Below, piece after piece: positions 35,167 to 41,940 of a stretch of DNA of 41,940 bases; position 1 is the stretch's first letter; the number at the start of each line of letters is the position of its first letter. This stretch comes from Cercozoa sp. M6MM (Eukaryota; Protista; Endomyxa: Ascetosporea). The DNA is taken from the NCBI GenBank assembly GCA_040357565.1, contig JBDODJ010000097.1; one strand, written 5' to 3'. The notes below the pieces were generated by a model. The model made no database searches, was not told the origin of the DNA, and saw only the letters and a list, made by a program, of their open reading frames with translations. Position numbers and translations under genes: made by a program.

Positions 35167-36368
35167 ATGGGTACTAGAGCAATTTGACTTTGGGCGTTTG
35201 TGAGAATGCTGCGATCAGTTTGTCGCTTTTGTCGCAGAAAAGGACTGGGTCTACATGGAGGGCGAAGCGCCCTACATGATCGGTACGCACGTGTATGTGT
35301 ACTGGCTTCAACTATTTTGTCTATAGCCATCACGGTGCTGACGAATTTGACCTTTTTCCCGTGCATCTGGGTTCTGTACAAGCAGGTAGGTTGTTGCCTT
35401 TGATGCGAACAGCTGATGTGATTACGCCGTATTTTGTGCAGAGCAGACATTTAGAGTGCTTCCTCGGTGTGTTTACGATGGTGACGTCGTTCATGTATCA
35501 CCTGGCCGACTCACTCAACCAGGACGTGTTTCTGAATGAAGGCGATTGGCACCGACTTGATAAGTAAGGAGTAGCTGTATGTGTGATGTGTTTGGAGGGG
35601 CAGAGGACTGATCGATATTTGTATGTCTATATGTATATATATATCGCAGTGTGGGTGCCATCACGGGTTTCTGCACGCTGCTGATGTACCTGGGAGGCAT
35701 GCCGCGTGCCCCGCACCTGGTACATCGGGACTCAATCCCTCACAGTGTCCAAAATGTTCTTGTGTTTGTAGATGCTGAGCTACCTCTTTCTGGGTCTCAA
35801 CATGATTTTACAGGAGTGCTGTGCTTGGGACGGTACCCTTCATAGTTTTCCCATATATTGTATATATAATTCTATGCACCGTTCCCAGAGAGGTATACGA
35901 TTGCGCCGTTGCTGACGGCCGCCTGTGTGGGCGTGATTTACGCCGTGATGCACCCACGCTCGGACCGTTTCCGTTGGACACCACTAAAGAAGGTGCGCGG
36001 TCTCTTTTCTCATTGTGTCAGATTGCACGCGTGCGTTTTAATGCGCCCGCTTTCAGGGCCTGCTGTGGCTGGCTGCTGCCGTCGTGTGTTTTGTCAAGGT
36101 ACATTTGCAGAAACTAGAGTATTGTCTTGGCCTGTCAGTAGATGCATTTGTATGTTCAGGGCCTGGACGAGCACCAGGACTTTTTGCGAATCTGGCACGG
36201 TATTCTGGCTTTCGTTTTTTGTGCCTGTGAAACAATTGACGCATGTTGGCGCTAGGCCTGTGGCACCTGACGGTGGGTGCTTCGGGCTATTACATGTGGC
36301 AGACCGTGCCGCAGTTGGGTGATCTCGACTTTGTCGGCGACGTTGCCTCCAACAGCAAGCTTGTTTAG
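35167..36368 (+). CDS. Stand-alone CREST-superfamily 7-TM protein of the TMEM8/PGAP6/myomaker (DUF3522) type
   Basis: M|EKDWVYMEGEAPYMI|AITVLTNLTFFPCIWVLYKQ|..FTMVTSFMYHLADS..WHRLDN|..|GLDEHQDFLRIWH|GLWHLTVG..SKLV*. Has the TNLxFxP, SxxYH, D and HxxWH CREST motifs; about 230 aa. Confidence 0.85.
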
Positions 36369-36806
36369 GACGCCTCGTGAGTTCTTCGGTTTCTGTTCAT
36401 TTATTTTTCTTCTCGTTGTGAAGTGAGCGTTTTCCGTTTTGTCCCGGGTCGCTGCGCTGGCGTGACAGGCTTTAACTACGGTCAATTTAGCGATACCACT
36501 AGCACATACGTGCCAGTGCACAAAGGACGGCAAATAAACGAAACCACACCACCACCCCCTCCGACTCCGCGCGGACCGTCTTAAAACGATCTACCATTGA
36601 GTCGTCGGTGGGCTCGCTTGCCGGCTTAAAAATTTCCGACCCTAGCGACTAGGCATCCGCCGCTTAGTTGTTAAATTGAAACACCAATCAATCAACGAAA
36701 CCACGCCAACAAAACCACGCCAACGAAAACTGAGAACCGTGCGGTGGTAGCCAGGAAATTGGCATAAGCAGGTGATCGGTTTGCTAATTCAGTGATAACG
36801 ACTAGA

Positions 36807-38688
36807 ATGGCGCACGCTGAAGTGTCTAAACTTGCTTACCGAGGCTGCTGCGTTGTGTTCTTCGCTTTTGGTACCAAAATGACCAATCACAATGACCTAG
36901 GTTGGCGAAATCGATGTTGTGGTGCGTCTTTCTTACTTCGGCCTCAGCGAAAGGCACAGCGGCAAGGTCGTTACTCTCAGCGTACGTCCTGATCTCGCGT
37001 TCACATGGCGTTTTTCATGGTTTGTCTGATAGTTGGGCAATAACACGCTCCTACCAGAGGCGAGGTCTTGGTCAAGCGGGTAGTAAATTAGGACTTCAGT
37101 TGTATCGCAGTAGCTAGGGTGCATATTGAGTACGCACATTGACATGCATGTAGCACTGCAAAGGGAAGCACGACGCGCGACACTGACTGGCGCTTTCTTT
37201 GGTGCGCTTCGACTAGCCGACTTGCTGGGGTATTGATACACTGCGTGAACCACCCCATCATTGATTGCAGTCGTGGAATTGCAACTGAAGCTACTTTCAC
37301 TCAGAGGAACGAAAGCGATGCTGTTGACTGCGCCTGTTGTGCACTTGGTACAGTCGCACCAAGACCCATGATGATAGAGAGACTGTGTCAGTGTCTGAGT
37401 AGATTCTGCCGAGTGCGGCGAGGGCCAACTCGGACCTCGTGATTTTTGGTGCCGTTCGTGCCCTTATGTCACAGGTGTGCTCTTGTCGACACTGCGAGAC
37501 ATATCATCCAGCATGCTTTCTTTCTGTCAATCACTTCAGTTGTCGCGGAAGCACGTGGCGACACTGACGCCCCCTCTCTTCGCCCTATCCGTAGCTGCCT
37601 CCCAGTGTGTTTGTGGTGGTGGTGCTTTTGGGGTGGCACAATGACAGGGTTGCTCGCAGACTGCCGCACTGGCAACACTTGGTGCCTACGCGTGGAAGTA
37701 CGCGCCTTTCAACATTGCACTCTTCTTCTCCAAGGTCAATTTTGCCTTGTGAACACAGTGTAAATTATTTAACCTGGATTGTGTTGCATTGTTAGGTGAC
37801 ATCCTTGGGTCAGTCGCACTGCGAGTACATGTTTCGTGGCGAGGTAGCTTGTCTTTCCCTGAGAGGACATGCAATCACACGAACTGTGCGCGAAGGAACT
37901 CGCTGACTGTGGCGACGTTCAATACCATGGCTATGACTCGGTATCAACCAAGTTTGGATACCGTGATTGTGCCTGTGTTTTAGTTGTGTGCTTGTGAGCA
38001 GCACCACTGTGTGCACGCCTTTGGCAAGCGTGTTCTCCGCGGCATCGGCAAGTCCTTCCCGGTACCGCTACTCATTATGAGTGTAACTTACTGTGTTCGT
38101 TTTCTGAGGGTACCACATCTTGATGTCTAACGAAGGTGTACTTGCTGGTGCACGTGCTATCCTCACTGCGACGCAAGCGACTTTCGCCTGCTGTGGTTGT
38201 AACAGAACACACAGTCTTTCCCTGGGTTCAATCTGACGCTCCGTTTGACCCAGGAGCGAGTGCTGAGATCGACGCTTTTCTTCGCCTTCCTTACGTCCTC
38301 GACTCTGTCTGTGCCGTGTCTTGCTCGGTATTGTCGGTTTCTTCTTCTTTGTCGTGTATTTACGCTTCTATTGAATGCAGTGCACTGCAAACTCACGTAT
38401 TGAGACGAAAGAAGAACCGCAACTCTCCTGTCTTGGTCTACGTGTTGTTTGCTCTGGTAAATCTACTGCAGTCTGAAGTGCACCCGTGATATTCTATCTC
38501 TACATTGTATGTGTGTGTGTGTGTATGCGTGTGCGTGTGTGTGCGTGTGTGTGCGTGTGTGTGCGTGTGTGTGTGTGTGTCCAGTGTGCCCGCGTCTCAT
38601 TGCTATAGCGACAGGTCTCTTGCAGGTCGAAGCTCGAAGTCGACGTCGCCGCGGTCGATCGCGACGGGTGGTAAATACGCTGTTTTAA
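36807..38688 (+). CDS. TMEM135-like membrane protein (both ends uncertain)
   Basis: Exons ..LCACEQHHCVHAFGKRVLRGIGKSFP|VYLLVHVLS..RVLRSTLFFAFL..LSCLGLRVVCS|VCPRLIAIATGLLQVEARSRR resemble the TMEM135 C-terminal half (C..H..C; Y..Y; RSxxFL; GLxxxIExKSRR). Confidence 0.5.
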
Positions 38689-38784
38689 CGATAAAACCAT
38701 CGTCGCTCATGTTTTGGTGCCTAAAAATACGTTCAGGTTCACGACTCACACTACAACATTGACTTGCTGGGTGATGAGACCCCA

Positions 38785-40009
38785 ATGCCGACCTACGATC
38801 CGGGTACTGTATCTATATATATTGCGTCGATGCGAATTGGTAGCGTCATTGTCGTGAATATTGTTAGACCAGCACTCGGGTGGACCAGGGGATCATGACA
38901 GCAAGTCGCGTAGTGGCAGCAAATCTGGCAGTGGCAGCAAGTCGCGTAGTGGCAGCAAATCTGGCAGTAGCAGCAAATCTGGTAGTGGCAGCAAGTCGCG
39001 GAGTGGAAGCAAGTCGCGGAGTGGCAGCAAGTCCGGTAGTGGCAGCAAGTCGCGGAGTGGCAGCAAGTCGCGTAGCGGCAGCAAGTCGCGGAGTGGCAGC
39101 AAGTCGCGTAGTGGCAGCAAGTCGCGTAGCGGCAGCAAGTCGCGTAGCGGCAGCAAGTCGCGTAGCGGCAGCAAATCTGGCAGTGGCAGCGAATCCCGCA
39201 GCAAGTCGCCGAGGTACAAATAACATTTTAAAGTCTTTAAATTTACATCCGTATTCCTCTATCGCAGACCGACACCTGCGCCGAGTCAGCCTCCTGTTAT
39301 GTAAGTTCATTTGTGCTGCCTAAATACAAATCATTCATTGAGAGCAGCAAGTGCCTGAAGGAAAAGATCAAAATCCAAAACCTTAAAGACGAAAATGAAA
39401 GGTAAATTTAAACTTACTCAACTTATTTTTGACCAAACCCCAGGACTAAAACTGAGATGCAACAAATGCAAAATGCGCGTAGGCTGCGCGAAGTTATTGC
39501 CGAGCTACAGCAGCGATGTCCACCGAGTACAACAACGACGACGGCGTACCCGATGCCGCCCTCCGTACCCGTGCTGCAGAACTCGGACTTCGAGGAGCCT
39601 GATGTCGACTGCAGCTACGGAGAGCCGCAGATCGTGAGTCACGTTCCACACTGGTTTAGCAGCAGCGGCTCCTATACTCTCTTGGTATCAAGCAACTCAC
39701 GGTACGATGCATGAAACTGCTGCTCACACACATGCGTGTAGTGCAAGAATGAAGGCGGCCAGGCACTAAAGCTCGGAGACGCTACTATCTCTCAGTGCGC
39801 TGACCGGGTCAGCACTGACTACGTCACTTTTGCCGATCGCGATGCATGGCTTACGTTCAAGGCCAAAGCTTCGTACGCAGGCAACGCACTGCGCGTGGTG
39901 TACGGGGTCGGTCGTCGCAGCTGTAGCGACTGGGACTGTAAATTTACCTCCCAGACATACATACTTACCTACCTACAGCAGTGCCTACATACCTACATAC
40001 ATACATACA

Positions 40010-40043
<34 letters not shown>

Positions 40044-40399
40044 CATACATACATACATACGCACATACGTACACACATACGTACACACATACATACACAC
40101 CTATATACGTGCATACACGCATACAGACACATCTATTGCATTCTGTGGTATTAGACACGGCCGGTTGGACTTGGCATGAGCTCACGAATTGCTCCGTCAA
40201 TGGAGTTGCTCCGCCCGCCAACAGCTACAATGCGCACGTCGTTCTGAGCGATTCGCGCTGGACCGATGTCATGTGCGACTTTGAGCTGCCGAGCGACGCG
40301 AGCGCTGTCACTATTGTGCTGGAAGGCGCAGATGCAGCGAACACTATCGTCGACGATGTGCAGCTCTACGTCGAAGACGATGGGTTCGTTCGCTTGTAA
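38785..40399 (+). CDS. (SKSRSG)16-repeat protein with short coiled coil and C-terminal CBM4/9-like beta-sandwich (start uncertain)
   Basis: MPTYDP|DQHSGG..(SKSRSG)n..SPR|PTPAPSQPPV|..LKEKIKIQNLKDENE|GLKTEMQQM..PSTTTTT..LQNSDFEEP..W..|..QALKL..LTFKAK..WTDVMCDF..VTIVLE..IVDDVQL..VRL*. NxxFE...DDVxL is the usual frame of galactose-binding-like CBMs. Confidence 0.7.
38900..39187 (+). repeat. Exonic 18-bp tandem repeat x16 (AGCAAGTCGCGTAGTGGC) encoding SKS(R/G)SG
   Basis: Variation between units is mostly synonymous or R/G in the SKSRSG frame, which indicates that frame is the coding one. Confidence 0.95.
39955..40130 (+). repeat. Intronic (TACA)n microsatellite
   Basis: TACA/CATA run inside the last intron of the CBM gene. 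Confidence 0.9.
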
Positions 40400-40487
40400 A
40401 CCACGGACCGGGAACGCCAGTCTCACTCTCCTCTCTTCCACGCCCCACTGAACTATCGATCGGATACCCTCCCACTGAACATCTTGA

Positions 40488-40610
40488 ACCGACATACTTT
40501 TCAGTACTTTGATTAGTAAACTGACTTTTTAACTGTGCTGATTCCAGTACTTTGATTAGTAAACCGACAGTACTTTTCAGTACTTTGATTAGGAAACTGA
40601 CTTTTTAACA
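40488..40610 (+). repeat. Intergenic triple direct repeat CAGTACTTTGATTAG(T/G)AAAC(T/C)GAC upstream of DHTKD1
   Basis: Copies at ~40502-40525, 40545-40568 and 40578-40601. Copies 1 and 3 sit in a longer ~45-bp duplication. Confidence 0.85.
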
Positions 40611-40632
40611 GTTGACCGACGACCAACACAAA

Positions 40633-41109
40633 ATGACAATTGCCAGGAAAAGGCGTTCTCTGCAGTGCCTTTCAGATCACTGCATTTCCGCGCCCAACGT
40701 GCGTGTGCTTGTGGTTTGAATCATCTTGTGCGTTCTAGGTGCTCAGCACGTGCGTAGAGGTCTGCGTGTCACACACAATGTTTCGTCACTCCCAATCTTC
40801 TTTCAAGAAGGTGTTTTTGTTTTTGCTTCTTGGTGCGTGCAGTTACCCATATGTGCTGTGTGTTCAGACAGCTATTCGTTCGGTTACCGGTACAGTGGTC
40901 TGTCCAGATTGGAGGAATGTGGTTGTATTGGTGCGCAGGTGCGGCACAAGACCCGGCTCTGTATGCGCTCGTGCAAGCGTGGCGCAGCCAGGGCCACCTG
41001 CTGAGCGACCTCGATCCGCTTGGCATTCGTCGCCGCGGTGAGGCGACGCCCGAGCTTCTACCGGCCTCCTATGGTGCACTTGCTTGCGTATATACATTTA
41101 CTCTAGAAG

Positions 41110-41162
<53 letters not shown>

Positions 41163-41622
41163 TGTGTGTATGTGTGCTGTGTCCACAGGTTTAAGCGAGG
41201 AAGATGAGCGTGAGATTCCGTGCGGCTTGTTGGACATGGGCAAGGTGCCGTTCCTCGGACCTTTCCTGGCGAGTCTGATACAACAGGCCGTGTGTGCAGT
41301 CGCGCGCGACGGTGCAGGAGGTGCTGCAGCACCTGCGCCGCAGCTACGCCGGCTCGATCGGCGCCGAGCTGTCGCACCTGCCGACGTCGGAGGAACGCGA
41401 CTGGCTCACGCAGCAGCTCGAGTCCGTGTAGGCTCTGCTGTCTCTGCCTGGCAACAAACACACCCTGTGTGTGTGTGTCTGTTGTGTGTATGTGTGTTTG
41501 TGTGTATGTGTGTATATGCATATCTATATCTATATATGTTTGTGTGTATGTCTGCGTGTACAGCAAGCCACTGACACCGGCACAGCGTCGCAACGCTTTC
41601 GTCACGCTTATGTAGGGGCCAT

Positions 41623-41689
<67 letters not shown>

Positions 41690-41940
41690 TTATATGTATA
41701 TTAATGGAGATGTCACGTACAAAAATGTACATTAAGTAATGTGTATAGTAAAGTATAAATATATATACATATATTAGTATGTAAATATATAGTGTGTATG
41801 TGTAGATAATTATTTATATCTGCATAAACCAGTATATATATATATATATAAATTACTGTCTATGTACGTATAAAATCTATACATATATATATCTGTGTGT
41901 GTGTGCATGTACACCTACCTATATAATACGGGTGACTTGT
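40633..41940 (+). CDS. DHTKD1: 2-oxoadipate/2-oxoglutarate dehydrogenase E1 (DHTKD1-like), 5' part; runs off the right edge
   Basis: ..SFGYR..ALYALVQAWRSQGHLLSDLDPLG..PELLPASY|GLSEED..GLLDMGK|SRATVQEVLQHLRRSYAGSIGAELSHLPTSEERDWL.. fits the OGDH-family N-terminus. GYR and GLLxMGKxxA favour DHTKD1 over OGDH. Start codon ambiguous (40633 or 40778). Confidence 0.85.

Noticed and set aside
36370-36800. snRNA or tRNA in the intergenic region
   Set aside because: No cloverleaf, A/B boxes or recognisable U-snRNA sequence was seen; an Rfam scan would be needed to exclude it.
38864-39323. Overlapping alternative-frame and antisense ORFs (AASRVV, LPLRDL, AATRL repeats)
   Set aside because: They are a by-product of a stop-free 18-bp repeat. 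Splice phase and synonymous variation support only the SKSRSG frame.
40495-40610. CRISPR-like array
   Set aside because: Only three repeats, spacers of 19 and 9 nt that are themselves repeat-derived, no cas genes, and a eukaryotic context.

Overview
Gene-dense, intron-rich eukaryotic nuclear DNA, most likely from a protist draft assembly. It uses the standard code and GT-AG introns mostly 30-100 nt long, many filled with (GT)n/(AC)n/(CT)n/(CCCTA)n microsatellites, and contains four N-gaps. Splicing exons by hand gives about 15 protein-coding genes. In order: an EPL1/Enhancer-of-polycomb-domain gene (partial, with a 1-nt frameshift in a homopolymer), a polyQ coiled-coil protein, an ankyrin-repeat protein, a TMEM192-like protein, an orphan CCDC148-like C-terminal fragment, and a ~15 kb giant HERC-like HECT E3 ligase. 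These are followed by an EF-hand protein, a hypothetical, a PRAF/PLC-type PH-domain protein, a second hypothetical, a membrane-anchored S1/P1 nuclease, a stand-alone myomaker/TMEM8-like CREST protein, a TMEM135-like protein, an (SKSRSG)16-repeat + CBM-like protein, and the 5' part of DHTKD1. A MITE-like element with TIRs, a degenerate 9-bp TSD and a telomere-like G-rich interior lies at 8709-9137. No rRNA, tRNA or CRISPR array was found. I see no clear-cut novel multi-gene system. The best leads are the silaffin-like SKSRSG/CBM protein (possibly fused to TMEM135), the myomaker-sized CREST protein paired head-to-head with the ecto-nuclease, the G4-rich MITE and the mosaic giant E3. All family calls come from motif recognition by eye, not database searches, and exon boundaries are manual predictions.
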